DNA of 64,000 bases, from contig NC_052158.1 in assembly GCF_902713615.1 (NCBI RefSeq), forward strand, positions 42,495,159-42,559,158, in the 5' to 3' direction. The notes under the pieces were generated by a model. It saw only the letters and a list, made by a program, of their open reading frames with translations, was not told where the DNA came from and searched no databases. Origin of the DNA: Scyliorhinus canicula. Lineage: Eukaryota. A program made the position numbers and the translations under genes. Of this stretch, positions 49,101 through 63,119 are shown piece by piece (within the stretch, counting starts at the first letter, position 1; each line of letters starts with the position of its first letter).

Positions 49101-52100
49101 CCAGCCATCGTTCAGTAAGTGCCAAACGACGCTCGCTACGTGAACCCGGCATTACTTATACATTATTCAACTATTAGTGAACAGAAGGTGCAGCCCAGAA
49201 AGGAACAAAGGCCTTGTCCCCTGACCTTGCTGGTTCCTACATAGATAAGTATTTAGTCGTTTAATAGTAGTAATAAATATTAGTCTTTAGCGTATGCATG
49301 TGTATTTATTATATTTGTATAATAAATATTAATCGTTTGAACTTACTAATCGGTGTATAGTTTTATTACTTTGAACCCTGACCTTGAAATACTTGTGAGG
49401 TGTCCAGATACGGCACCTGGCGACTCCGAGCTGAAAATACACACACAGAGCTGTAGCAGTGTTAAGCACACGGCCTTTAAACGGAGGCGTCTTAATTACA
49501 CTCCAATAAACGCATAATACACTCAAGTAAACGTGCAACATTTAGTGGCGACATCCTGACGGGACACGGTTACAAGTGGCACCCCCACTCCGTCGAGGAC
49601 CCTGAAAATTTGAATCAGAAATCCAAGTAAAGAAAAAGGAAAGAAATCACAAGTATTCAAGGTGTTCAAACGAATAAAACGTAATTCGGAAGTGTGTTTG
49701 TGCATGCGTAGTAACAGGGTTGTAAGGAAAACCTGAAAGCATTTTTGTTGCGACAAACTTTCGGTAGTTTTGTGACGGAACATAGCGTAAGCCTTACCCG
49801 TTTCGTGAGACATAACCTCAACACCCCCTGTTCCAAATTTAAGTGAGTCAAAGAAAATGGCCATGCAGTCAATGGAACGCCTCATGAAACCAGAACGGTT
49901 TTGTGGTCGCAGCGACCAGCAGTAGCCGAGTAGGTCAGTGTCCCGTGTGGGAGCTGGAACTCTGCAAATATCTGCAAGGAAGGGATGGCCCCTTGGAAAG
50001 AGTTCTGTTTGAATGAGGAGACAGGTCCCGGAAGTATAGGACATACTTGGTGGGAGAACCTCTCTCAAATTCATAAGAAAACCCTTAGTAAAGCACAGCA
50101 AGCCGATGGCAATCGTATCCTGTTTGGCACAATTGCGAGGCACAGAGGAGGTCGTTCAGACGCTCCGGGCAGAATTAGAAGAGAGAAATCGAATGAGTAA
50201 AGTGGATGTCAGGGACATCGAGAAAGAAAATATGGATCTTAGAGGGAAGTTGGCAGAGAAAGGTAGAGAGGTGGATGATGCCAAGAGGGCACATCAGTCT
50301 TTTCTAGCCCATCTCAGCAGTTCCCAGACCCAGTACGAAAGGCCTATCAGGACGTGCAACGTGCCGTCCTGATAAGAGAAGAATCAGAGAAGCAGGTAGA
50401 GGCTTTGCAGAGGCAATGCTCTGACCTAAGGCAGCTTTAAGAGCACTCCATGCTGCCACCACAGAACAAAGACAGAGTACAGTAGACCATGCAAAATGCA
50501 GGAAGCAGATTGCGGAGCTGCAATCGCTGCTTTCAGTGCAGAATGGGTTCCAAAGCACCTTTGGAACGCAGTTAGATGAGGAGAATGCCCCAGACTGGAA
50601 AGAGTTAAGTGAGACAGCGCAGCGTTATGTTCAGGGAACATGTGCGCCAGCAGCGCAGCAGAAAAGACAAGCACCCCAACCCCCCACAGATTCAGATAGT
50701 TACCGCACCAATGAATCCAGTCACCACCCAAGGAAAGCGACCACAGAAGGCGCACCCGATATCACTTACACCACCCCCCTTAACTGTAACCCAACTCAGG
50801 GACGCGTGTGAGAAGATCACTCTGTTTCTCCCACCGCAGACCCCCACCAATTTTTCGCAAAAGTAAAGCAATAGGCAACCATGTACGGCCTGGACGAGAG
50901 AGAGCAGGTTAAGCTCACGGTCCTGAGCTTAGACCAATCGGTTGTAGCAGCCCTCCCCGACCCACAGAACGTTGGCGGAGGCACCCTAGAGGAAATGCAC
51001 ACCTCCATTTTAGATGCCATAGGGTATAACCGAGGTGACCCAGTCGAAGGACTTAACAAGTGCCGACAAAAGAAAATCGAGCACCCCACAGCATTTGCAG
51101 GAAGGCTGTGGATCCATTTTAACGCAGTTTTCGGCGATTTTAAATAGAGCCCATTTGAACCGAGAAAATATGGTTAAATGGACGCGCACCATAATTTCCC
51201 ATGCCACAGATGCAGGGACAGAGTGCTTGCAACAGCTATGACCCCTCAGAGGAGGCCCATAATGAGAAGTGGGTCCTGAAAAGATTGTCCCGCGCTTGGA
51301 GCAATCAGTTCAGGGCAGAGGCAAAGTAAAGTCCCCAGAAGAGGCTCAGGCTGCAGCGGACATTCAGGCAGTGAGAGCGCACCAAAACCCCGCGTGGGTG
51401 AATGAAGGAAAGAACAGCCCTCCACAGAAGTCGCAGGAATGCTACAACTGTGGCCAGTTAGGACATTGGGCTAGGAATGTAATGCACCCCAAAGATCACA
51501 GATGAGGCAGCAGACAGGCACTCTGAATAGGAATAAAGCCAAACCAATCCATAGTATAGGGATCCAGTCAGGACAGACCAATGTGGACGGAACGGACTGA
51601 CGGTGTTCGGGCTCCCCCACTTGGGTCTGTGACACTCTTTGGGATCAATCCGGAAGACCGGTAGTCACCAGCTAAGGTTAGAGGGAAGCCCATAGAGTTA
51701 CTTTGGGACACAGGAGGGTCCCGCACCACGATTAATTCCACAACCACGGCACAGGCAGACACGTGGCCGACCACCTCCACCATCACACTTAGCGGTTTCA
51801 CAGGACACTCGCAGCAGGGACACATTACAGCACCCGTAGCAATCCAGCTAGGGAACATCTCCACCAGACACCCAGTCGTATTAGTAAATCTTCCCCGGAC
51901 AGCAGAACACATCCTAGGGATAGATTTTATGAACGCTCATAGCTTGTCATTCGACCCAGTTAACCAGTGTGTCTGGCGAATGGCGAGATCGGACAGAGCA
52001 CCCGCTCCTCTCACAGTAGGAGAGTACGCTAACCGGATTAGCGCAGTCGGAGACTATTCATTTGACCTGACTGCACTAAACACGGACAGACAAGTAAAGG

Positions 52101-55100
52101 CAGTATTAAACAACATAGGACAGCATTTGCCAGTCACCGGCACGACTGTGGCAGAATGACTGGACAAATTCCCGTTACCGGACCTGACCCCCGACCACAG
52201 AAACAATACAGATTTCCCCTAGAAGCAGAGGGAGAAATAGAGAAGGTAATAGGTAGCTTATTAGAGCAAGGTGTGCTTAGAACAGTAGCCTCAACCAATA
52301 ATGCCCCTATTTGGCCAGTGAGAAAGCCGACGGATCATGGCGTCTGACCATTGATTATCGGGAGCTCAACAAAGTAACCCCAGCAGTAGCCCCCACGGTA
52401 GCAACAAGTCCCGAGACCATGCTCAAACAGGGACTCAACTCCAATATTTCACGGTATTGGACATTAGCAACGGCTTCTGGTCAATCCCATTGGCAAAGAC
52501 GTGCCAGTACAAAGTTGCCTTCACCTTCAAAGCACAACAGTATACCTGGACATGCTTCCACAAGGATTCCACAATTCCCCTCCATTTTCCACCGACAGCT
52601 GGCGAATGGTTTAGAAAAATGTTCCCGCCCCCGAATGTCTGGTACAGTATGTAGACGACCTACTACTGCAGACAGACACAAAGGCAGAGCACATTACGCT
52701 TCTGGCCGAGCTCCTGGAACTTTTAACCTCAATTGGATGTAAAGTTAACCCAAGAAAGGCCCAGATTTTGGAACACAAAGTGATGTATTTGGGTACAGTC
52801 ATCACGCACGGCAAACGCGAGATCGAATTCAAAAGAATTGATTCGATTGTCAAATTGCCCCTTCCCCAGAATGTTTCAGCCCTCCGGTCGTTCTTAGGAC
52901 TGGTTGGTTATTGTCGGAACCACATTGACGGATTCGCGACAAAGGCAGCCCCACTCTCAGACCTCCTTAAGAAAGGAGCCCCCTGGGAATGGCTTCCGCA
53001 GCATACAGAGGCTGTGGAGGAGTTAAAGAGAGCCCTTAGCGCAGCACCAGCGCTACAAGTCCCAGACCACCTTTCCCCCTATGCAATAGAGGTAGCGAGC
53101 ACAGATCTGACCCTCTCGGCCGTGTTACTTCAGGAACGGCCACGAGCAGCTAAGACCAGTGGATTATGCCTCCCGACTTTTAGACCCAGTAGAACAGGGA
53201 TTTTCAGCCTGCGAGAGGCACCTCCTTGCAGTTTTCTGGGCAGTTCAGTACTTCTCGTACATTACCGGACTCAACCCCATCACCATTTGACCGAGCACAC
53301 CCCCACACAGTTACTCCTAGACGGTCGACTGAAGGGACGGTTTCAGTTAGCCAGATTAGGGCAGCTGGGTGGACATTACTTTTACAAGGACGCGACATTT
53401 ACGGTTAAAACGGACCCGGACACACACATTTTAGCCGACAACCTCCAATACCAGGACAGCCCCATGAATGTGAAATTGTAGCACCCCTGCACAACACAGG
53501 ACCCTTCATAGCGAAGACACCCCCAGGAAGATAGGGAACCCAAGACAAAGCCCCCAACACACAGACACGTGTGGCCCACTACGGATATACGTGGACGGTT
53601 CATCCACGGTTTTAGAAGGTGAGCGTATCACGGGATGCGGCATATATGTCGAGGACGCGCAGGGTCGCGCACTCGAAGAAATAGCGTTAAAATTGGCAGG
53701 TCACTTAGGCGCGCAGGCAGCAGAGCTCGCGGCCATGGCTTATATAGTGGACCACCCCGATTCTTTCCCCAGCCGGCGGACATATATTCGGACAGTCGAA
53801 TGTCTGCAATAGTTTGACAGATTTTCTACCCCTGTGGAGGACACGAGGTTTGTCTCCGCAGACGGGAAACCCCTTCCATCAGCCCCTTTACTCCGCCACA
53901 TTTTAGATAAAGCGAAGGACAGAACCTTCGGCATTATAAAAGTCAAGCCACCATAGGTCATCCCCCCCTGGAATGTAAAAGCCGACGCACTGGCTAAGGC
54001 AGGTTCCAGGCGAGGACACTTGTGGACACCCCCAGCTAGCGCACCAGCTAGCGCCCCTGTGAGCGCAAGTTCAAGTCTCACAGACCGATATCAAGGATTT
54101 AGCTGAAGCACAGAAGCAGGATGAGGATCTCAGGGAGATTTTTAAAGGCAACTTTGTGCCTCAGTTTGACAAATTTAGACACCCACTGACCACACATGAG
54201 GGTGTGATCATCAAGGACCAGCTTTATGTGGTCCCGCAGCAGGACAGGAATCAAATGATTGCTTTTGTTCCATGACGGGCATGGACATCAAGGAATCGAC
54301 ACGACCACGAGGCACCTCAGGCAGCTCTGTTGGTGGCCTAACCTAAGGACAGATGTAACTCACTACATCGAGAATTGCCTTATTTGCGCCCAGAATAACC
54401 CGGAGAGGTATTCTAAAAAGGCACAGCTTTGGCATACTCGACCAGTTAATGGCCCCTGGACAAACTTCCAGATCGACTTTATAGGACCTTGTAGGAATGG
54501 CTTTAAATACGTTCTGGTGGTAATTGATACCCTTACCAAATGGGTAGAGGCATTCCCCTCAAGAACAAATACAGCAAAGACAGCTGCAAAAATCCTGACC
54601 CACCACATCTTCACGAGATGGGGTTTACCCAGAAGTATCGATTCGGACCAGGGATCTCACTTCACAGGACGTGTCATGAAGAACGTCCTGACCATATTCG
54701 GCATCAAACAAAACTTTCATATTGCGTATCACCCACAGTCCAGCGGGATTGTAGAGCGCATGAATCGGACCCTAAAATCCACACTTAGAAAAATGGTTCA
54801 AGAAAACAACTCCACATGGAATTCAGTGCTCCCATTTGCACTCATGTTTATCAGAAATACAGTTTCAACTTCCACAGGATACACACCACACACACTCATG
54901 ACCGGACGCCCTATGAAAGGTACAGAATTCCTTTAGGACTGGACATGACTAGCCCCGAAGTGACGGCCCTCACACACGAAAAGGCAGTTAAAGACCTGGT
55001 TGAGACTGTGAGGTCTGCACAGATCGCAGCCGCAGTTCAACTAAGGAAACGGCGTAGACAAAGCACAGCATGCTTTAATAAGACCGTACACCCCACAGAA

Positions 55101-58100
55101 TTCCAGGTTGGGCACAGGTAATGCTATCTGTATATAACCCCAGCAGTTTTTTGGCACCAAAATATTCCGGCCCATATTCAATTTCGGACAAAATTAGCCC
55201 CTCAGTTTACAGGATAAAATACCCCAACGGAAAAGACCGCGTGGTTCCCATATTAACCAGTTAAAGGCATATGGAACACAGTCTAACCATGCACACCATG
55301 TCCTGCTAGACGCAGCAGAACACCTCGCCCCGCCCACCAGAGACACGTTCCACCATCCCACTCACAGACCAGTTCTTCATCGGACTCGCCCACGACTCCG
55401 CCCACTGACCACAACAGACCACGCCCCGAAACGCCCACAAGCTGCCGCAGCAGAGACAGCGAAACAGACACTGACTCTGAGGACAGCCACAGCACACCAC
55501 TCTACAGCCCACATTGCAGTGGACTATGACCCCGACTCCAGTGACCCCATGGAAGTCACTTACATTAAAAACCCAGACCCACCACCCGACCCCGACTACA
55601 CCGACAATACCCATCACTTTTAGACCCAACACTCTGGCACAGGGACAATTCGTACCGACTTGTCCGCAACGACGAAAGTGACCCCCGGTCACATAATTCA
55701 AAAATTTCATGCCTGATCCACACAAGGGTGTGGGATCCGGGAGAGCAGGACGACACGGTGTCTGAATCCCGATACGGCAACCCCTTTGTGACCCTGTTCA
55801 CAGAGGCAGAGAAAAAGTGAGGTGTCCAGATGATGTAAAATAGGAACCGCTTGAGGGAAGCGATGTCCTTTCTGATGGAACCTGCACGTATGTTTTGTTT
55901 GTCAGTTTATGTTTGTTTGTATTTAATGTTATTGGTTCAGTTGGAGGCTGGACACCTTCTTTTCAGCTGAAAAGATTGTGACCACCTCGCACGCACTTTA
56001 GTTTGTCCGCCGATACCTTTGAGAACTTCGGTTCCCAACCCAATGGTTTGATTGGAAATCTTTTCAGCTGTAAGGCTTGTGACCGCCTTACACGGACACT
56101 AAGTTTCTCTGCTGAAATCTCTGAGAACTTCAGTTCACTGTTTTCAGATGTTGGAGCATCTTGGCTCCTCCCTTGTTTTTAGGTTGCCCCTCTATTCGGC
56201 GAATAGAGGCTGCAAATCCACGGTAAACACATTCTTGCCCGTTCATTCCAGGTTACTCAGGCAGTGGACAATCGGCACTGAGGACCCGCCCTGTCTGAGA
56301 ACCCACTTTGGTCAGCCAAGCTCGGGTATGGCACCGCACGCCCTACCCGGGGATCCCATTCAAATCGTACCCGTAGCGGCCCATACGCAACCCATTCGAC
56401 CTTTTCTTTCAAATTTATTTTCATTTTTCGTTAGGCAGCCCTTAGGCCGCCATCCCACATGCTATTTACATCCAGGAACATTCGGATGGTAAATTAGCAA
56501 AGCCTGCGAGACGGCTCGCAGGAGGAAAGTTGTTAGGGGTATTGTGTTCATAAATTCGCTTTTGAAAAAAAAATGAGGGGAGTCACAGGGTGTGACTTGG
56601 CCAGTCATTTTAATGGGTCAATTGGAATTAGAGGACAGATACACTAACAAGTACGGATATTAAACTGTGTATTGACAGATACTGTGCTTGATCCCATAGC
56701 TTTCAAAGGACGAAAGAGGGTTCACAGCAAGGATCGGCCATACAGGAGGAAGAGAAAGAGAATGAAGAGAAGACCATGATGGAAGCCTACCTATTACTGT
56801 TAAATGTTATATTTGTATGTGTGGAAGCGAGTCACGTTTCCCCCACAACCCCCGCCGTCAATGTTTCCCTCACACCAACTTCCCCGTGCTCAGCTCTGAT
56901 CAGTGAAGTTCAGACCTGGTGCACAAAATTTATGACATGGTACTCCATGTCATACGTGATTGAATCACTGCTAGTGATTGCAATCCTCTGCATAATCGTA
57001 CAGACCCTCAGGTTGAGGAAGTGGAAGAGGAGAGCCTCCCGTTCCTGCCCCTCAACCATCTATGGAGTTCAATCCCCTATTTTCGGTTTCCACCAATCCC
57101 CCCAGCCCCTCAATGAATAAAGCACTGTGTGAATAAAAGATACCCATGTATTATATTGTCCTGGACTCGACTGCCGAGTCAGGAAGCGATATGTAATGTG
57201 GTATGAATGAATAAGGTTTAGACTGTAATAAAATGTTTAAGGTAAGATAAGGATAGTTGTGATAGGTAGAGGTTCCCGGTTTTGGTAATGCATGTCCCCT
57301 TTGACATAGGGCCAAGTAGAGATGTCAGGTAAAAAAATTTTCTTCCCATAGTCAAGGACAGAATAGACGCCCAGGAACTTGCCGAGGTCAGGGAACACAA
57401 AGAAGGCACCCAGAAGCACTCGAAGCAACGTGCATAGGTGATCCTTCACAATTTTTATTGTGAGGATCACAAGGAGGGAATGTAGCCACCTAAGATGGAC
57501 ACTGGGCTAACAAAATGGAGAACTGCTAAGACTGTAGGGAGAAAACAGTTTTAGCAAGGACAAGCAGTCTGCAAAGGCTAATTAGCATTCTGCACGTAGC
57601 AAAACTAGTTTATGGCCAGGTGGAAGATCTCAACCAAAGGTGTAAATAGCAAAACGCTTTGCATAGTAATGAGGCAATCCAGATCTGGGCACACACAATA
57701 GCAACATTTGGTTTTGAATAGATACTTTGAGTGGACGCCCAGACGAAACGGCACCAGAAGTATCCATCACAAAAGACCCTAGAGACCGCCCCACCCATCG
57801 AGAAGAGACCCTCAGATTGGGGGATTTGTAAGACATCGATTGGGAAATAACCCAATCGATACATGGCAGGTAAAGGCCCGCCCCGAAAAGGCACGGACAT
57901 TGGGGGCCCTATAAAGGTAGACCCCGCATATGGTTCTGTCTGTTTTTGTGCTCCGGCTTGGACTGCTGTTTTGACTTCGACCCAGATCTGCTGTTGTAGC
58001 CTGACTCCGACTCCGGCCGTTGATCCTGTCTTCCATCACCAGCCGTTGAGCACCAGCCATCGTTCAGTAAGTGCCAAAACGACGCTCGCTACGTGAACCC

Positions 58101-58491
58101 GGCATTACTTATACATTATTCAACTATTAGTGAACAGAAGGTGCAGCCCAGAAAGGAACAAAGGCCTTGTCCCCTGACCTTGCTGGTTCCTACTTAGATA
58201 AGTATTTAGTCGTTTAATAGTAGTAATAAGTATTAGTCTTTAGCGTATGCATGTGTATTTATTATATTTGTATAATAAATATTAATCGTTTGAACTTACT
58301 AATCGGTGTATAGTTTATTACTTTGAACCTGACCTTGAAATACTTGTGAGGTGTCCAGATACGGCACCTGGCGACTCCGAGCTGAAAATACACACACACA
58401 GCTGTAGCAGTGTTAAGCACACGGCCTTTAAACGGAGGCGTGTTAATACACGCCAATAAACGCGTAATACACTCAAGTAAAACGTGCAACA
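46118..58491 (+). repeat. Tandem unit 3 (Gypsy RT-IN 46118-48530; LTR 48531-49540; gag-pol ~49857-55820; small ORF 56776-57120; complete 3' LTR 57481-58491)
   Basis: Colinear with units 1 and 2. Ends in a full LTR ...GTGCAACA followed by TSD CTAT and resumed Gypsy integrase. Confidence 0.95.
56776..57120 (+). CDS. Third copy of the 114-aa membrane protein ORF
   Basis: Translation in the ORF track is identical to 33088-33432. Confidence 0.7.
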   Translation: MMEAYLLLLNVIFVCVEASHVSPTTPAVNVSLTPTSPCSALISEVQTWCTKFMTWYSMSYVIESLLVIAILCIIVQTLRLRKWKRRASRSCPSTIYGVQSPIFGFHQSPQPLNE

Positions 58492-58818
58492 CTATCGACC
58501 CTCCCTTGAGGCGGTCAACCAGGGTTCGTCGCCCACCTCAGACACTGAATTTATGAACTTTGCAAATTTATGGACTCTCTGAGATGTTTCCCTCCTTGTT
58601 AAATCGTTTTCTATTGGTTTGTATATAGCACTGATCTTGTTCAATTTGTTGCATACTACCTATCTGCACCAGGCACCTTCCCTTGTATACAGCTTTGTTT
58701 TCCTGTATATAGATCTGTACATATGTCATCGCACCTCACACGTAGTTAGGAACATTCTTCACACACCCACACTATTTATTGTCACACATTCACATCAAAT
58801 TTTTTTTAAAAGGGGGGA

Positions 58819-59197
58819 TGTCATAATATACACCAGTATATCATGGGGCAGACTCACACACTGATGGACACACATAGGGACCAATCAACATGCACAAACA
58901 CCGCAGCCAATCACTAGTTAGAACACACACACTACAAAGACAGAGGGCATCACTGTTCCCACTCATTCTGGATGCTGCCTCTCAGAAGCACAAGAGCTCA
59001 TCAAGTACAGTACAGACTCACACCACATGCTGAGTGATTCAACTGGTTCGGACAGCCACAGGTCTCTAGTTAAACTAGCATTGTATAAACCCCCAGTTAT
59101 AGTATGTCCAGCATTTTATGGGAGTTAATAAAATAGCGTTGAACCATCTTCAGTGTTGGTGGCATATGTCTGCTTCACGAGTCTACAGTGCCCAACA
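58819..59197 (+). mobile_element. Ty3/Gypsy element 3' LTR
   Basis: Preceded by PPT AAAAGGGGGGA. Homologous to 20343-20702 with roughly twenty substitutions and three indels by eye. The flanks GCCA / CCCA could be a degraded 4-bp TSD. Confidence 0.88.
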
Positions 59198-62100
59198 CCC
59201 AAAGCCAGACTGCTATCCAGAACCATCTGATTTAGTTCAGTCCAACTCTCAGTCATTTCATTTCAGTCTGGGATCTAGAATTCGATGATTCAGACCAGAC
59301 CAACTCACTGCCTGAGTTCCAGAACCATCTGATTTAGTCCTGTCCAACGGCCAGCCTGGGAACCAGAACTACCTGATTTGGTCCAGTCCAACACAGATCC
59401 TCAGACCCAGAACCATCTGATTTAGCCCAGTCCATCACCCAGCTTGGATCCAGAACCACCTGATTTAGCTCAGTCCATCACCCAGCTTGGATCCAGAACC
59501 ACTTGATTTAGTCCAGTCCAACACACAGCCTCTGATCCAGAACTGTCATATTTATTCCAGTCCAACTCCCAGCCTCGGCTCCAGTACCATCTGATTTAAT
59601 CCAGTCCAAAACCCAGCCTGAAATCCTGACAGTCTGATTTAGTCCAGTGCAACAGCCAGCCTAATACCCATAACCATCAGATGTAGTCCAGTCCAACTCC
59701 CAGCCTGGGATGCAGAACATTCTGATTTTGCCCAGTCCAACAGGCATCCTGAGATCCAGAACCATCTGATTAACTCCAGTCGAACACCGAGCCTGAGATC
59801 CAGAACTGTCTGATCTCGACCAGTCGAACCCCCAGCCAGGGTTCCAGAATCATCTGATTTAGTCCAGTCCAGCAACCAGCCTGCTATCCAGAACTATCTG
59901 ATTTAGACCATTGCAACACCCAACCTAATATCCAGAACCATCAGATTCAGTCCAGTCCAACACCCAGCCTGGATCCAGGACCGTCTGATTTAGTCCAGTC
60001 TAACCACCAGCTTGGGATCCAGAAATATCTGATTTAGCCCTGTCCAACAGCCAAACAGGGATCCACAACCATCTGATTTAGTCTATTTAAACAGCAATAT
60101 TGGGATGCAGTACTATCTGATTCAGTCCAGTCCAACACCCAGTCTGAGATCCAGAATCATCTGACTTAGTCCAGTCCAACATCCAGCATGCGATCCAGAA
60201 TCATCTGACTTAGTCCAGTTTAACACCCAGCCTGGAGTCCAGAACTGTATTTTTTTAGTCCTCTCCAACTTAGGGCAGCACGGTAGCATTGTGGATAGCC
60301 CAATTGCTTCACAGCTCCAGGGTCACAGGTTCGATTCCGGCTTGGGTCACTGTCTGTGCAGAGTCTGCACCTCCTCCCCATGTGTGCGTGGGTTTCCTCT
60401 GGGTACTCCGGTTTCCTCCCACAGTCCAAAGATGTGCACGTGAAGTGCACATTGGCAATGTGTGGTGGATTGGCAATGATAAATTGCCCTTCGTGTCCAA
60501 AATTGCCCTTAGTGTTGGGTGGGGTTACTGGGTTATGGGGATAGGGTGCAGGTGTTGACCTTGGATTGGGTGCTCTTTCCAAGAGCTGGTGCAGACTCGA
60601 TGGGCCGAATGGCCTCCTTATGCACTGTAAATTCTATGATAATCCCTGCCTGGGATCCAGAACTGTCTGATTTATTCCACTCCAATTCCCAGATTGGGAT
60701 CCACTACCGTCTGTTTTAGACCATTCCAACACCCATCCTGACATCCAGAACTGTCTAATTTAGTCCAGTGAGCTCCCAGCCTGGGGTCCAGAACTGTCTG
60801 ATTTAGTCCAGGGCCATACCCTGCCTGGGAACAGAACTGTCTGATTTATTCCAGTCCAACTCGCAGGCTGGCATCCAGAACAGCCTCATTTAGTCCATTC
60901 CCACTGCTTGCCTGGGATCCAGAACTGTCTGATATAGTCCATCCAACACACAACCAAGGATCCAGAACTGTCTACATATAGTCCAGTCCAACAGCCAGAC
61001 TACTATTCAGAACCGTCATTTAGTTCAGTCCAACTCCCAGTCTGGGATCTAGAATTGTATCATTTAGTCCAGTCCAACTTCCAGTCTGGGATCCAGACCA
61101 TCTGATTTAGTCCTGTCCAACACCCAGCCTCAGATCCAGAACTGTCTGATTTAGTCCTGTCCAATACCCAGCCTCAGATCCAGAACTGTCTGATTTAGTC
61201 CAGTCCAACAGCCAGTTTGGATCCAGAACCATCAGATCTACTCCAATCCAACATCCAGCCTGAGATCTTGACCGTCTGATTTAGTCCAGTGCATAGCCAG
61301 GCTAATGTCCAGAACCATCAGATTTAGTCCAGTCCAACTCCGAGCCTGGGGTCCAGAACTATCTGATTTACTCAAATTGAACTCCTAGCCTGGCATCCAG
61401 AACAGTCTGACTTGGCCCAGTCTAAAAGAAAAACTGGGATCGAAACTGTCTGATTCAGAGCAGTCCAACAGTGAGATTGGGATCCAGAACCATCTTAGTT
61501 AGTCCAGCCAGAGAGTCAGACCGGGACCTAGAACCATCTGATTCACTCCAGTCGAACAGCCAGCCTGGGATCCAAAACTGTCTGATTTAGTCTGGTCAAA
61601 ACCAGTTAATATCCAGAACCTTTGCATTTAGTTCAGCCTAAAAGCCAGCCTGGGAAGCAGAACCGTTTGATTCTGCTGGGCCTCAGCGGCTATGGGGAGA
61701 AGGCAAGGGAATGGGGATGAGAAAATATTAGCCATGATTGAATGGCGGAGCAGATTCGATCTGCTGAGTGGCCTAATTCTGCTCCTATGTCTTATGGTCT
61801 TATTTTCTCCAGTCCAACACCCAGCCTGCAATCCAGAACCGTTGAATTTACTCCAATACAACTCCCAGCCTGGGATCCGGAACTGTCTGATTTAGTTCAG
61901 GCCAATACCCAGCCTGGGATCCAGAAGCCTATTATTTGGCCCATTCGAACAGCCGGCCTGGGATCCAGAGTTGACCGATTTAGTCCACTCCAACACATGG
62001 CCGGGGACCGAGATCTATTTGATTAAGTCCGGTCCACCAGCCAGCCTGGGACGCAGAACCATCTGATTTAGTCCAGTACAACACACAGATTGGGATCCAC

Positions 62101-63070
62101 AATCATCTGAATTAGTTCAGTTGAGCAGCCAGACTGGGAGCCAGTACTGTCTGATTCAGTCCAGTCGAACACCAGCTTGGGATCCAGGACCATCTGACTT
62201 AGTCCAGTCGAACAGCAGGCCTGGATCCTGAACTGTTTGATTTAGTCAAGTTTTTGTTCTTTGATTGAGGTCTACAAAATTATGAGAGGTATGGACATGG
62301 TGGATATCAAAAAGCTTTTTCCAAGAGTGGGGGTGTCAGTTACAAGGGGTCACGATTTCAAGGTGAGAGGGGGAAGATGCAGAACCATCTGATTTATTCC
62401 AGTCCAACAGCCAGCCACTGATCCAGAATGGTCAGATTTAGTCCAGTCCGACAGCCAGCCACTGATCCAGAATGGTCAGATTTAGTCCAGTCCGACAGCC
62501 AGCCACTGATCCAGAATGGTCAGATTTAGTCCAGTCCGACAGCCAACCTCGGATCCAGAACTACCTGATTTAAACGAGTCCAACAGCCGGCCTGGGATCC
62601 CAAATCGACTGATTTAGTCCACTCCAACACATGGCCTGGGACTCACAACCATCTGATTTAGGCCAGTCCACCAGCCAGCCTGGGATCCAGAACTATCTGA
62701 TTTAGACCAGTACACCAGCCAGCCTGGGATCCAGAACCATCTGATTTAGTCCAGTACACCAGCCAGCCTGGGATCCAGAACTATCTGATTTAGACCAGTA
62801 CACCAGCCAGCCTGGGATCCAGAACTATCTGATTTAGACCAGTACACCAGCCAGCCTGGGATCCAGAACCATCTGATTTAGGCCAGTCCACCAGCCAGCC
62901 TGGTATCCAGAACTATCTGATTTAGACCAGTACACCAGCCAGCCTGGGATCCAGAACTATCCAGAACTATCTGATTTAGACCAGTCCACCAGCCAGCCTG
63001 GGATCCAGAACGATCTGATTGAGACCAGTACACCACCCAGCCTCGGATCCAGAACTGTTTGATTTAGTCA
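59198..63070 (+). repeat. 44-bp satellite, right part (degenerate, with homogeneous sub-arrays at ~62400-62560 and ~62660-63060)
   Basis: Same unit as 18730-20342. Carries a SINE and CR1 scraps (~61675-61800, ~62260-62376). Confidence 0.9.
60272..60640 (+). mobile_element. HE1-like V-SINE inserted in the satellite
   Basis: GGGCAGCACGGTAGCATTGTGGATAGC head, V-domain, and GCACTGTAAATTCTATGA tail. Confidence 0.85.
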
Positions 63071-63119
63071 AGTGAAGCAATTGTGCTATCCACAATGCTA
63101 CCGTGCTGCCCTTAAGAAA

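Noticed and set aside
20343-59197. Gypsy element as currently active
   Set aside because: Multiple frameshifts, a DIG protease site, diverged LTRs and interruption by the provirus.
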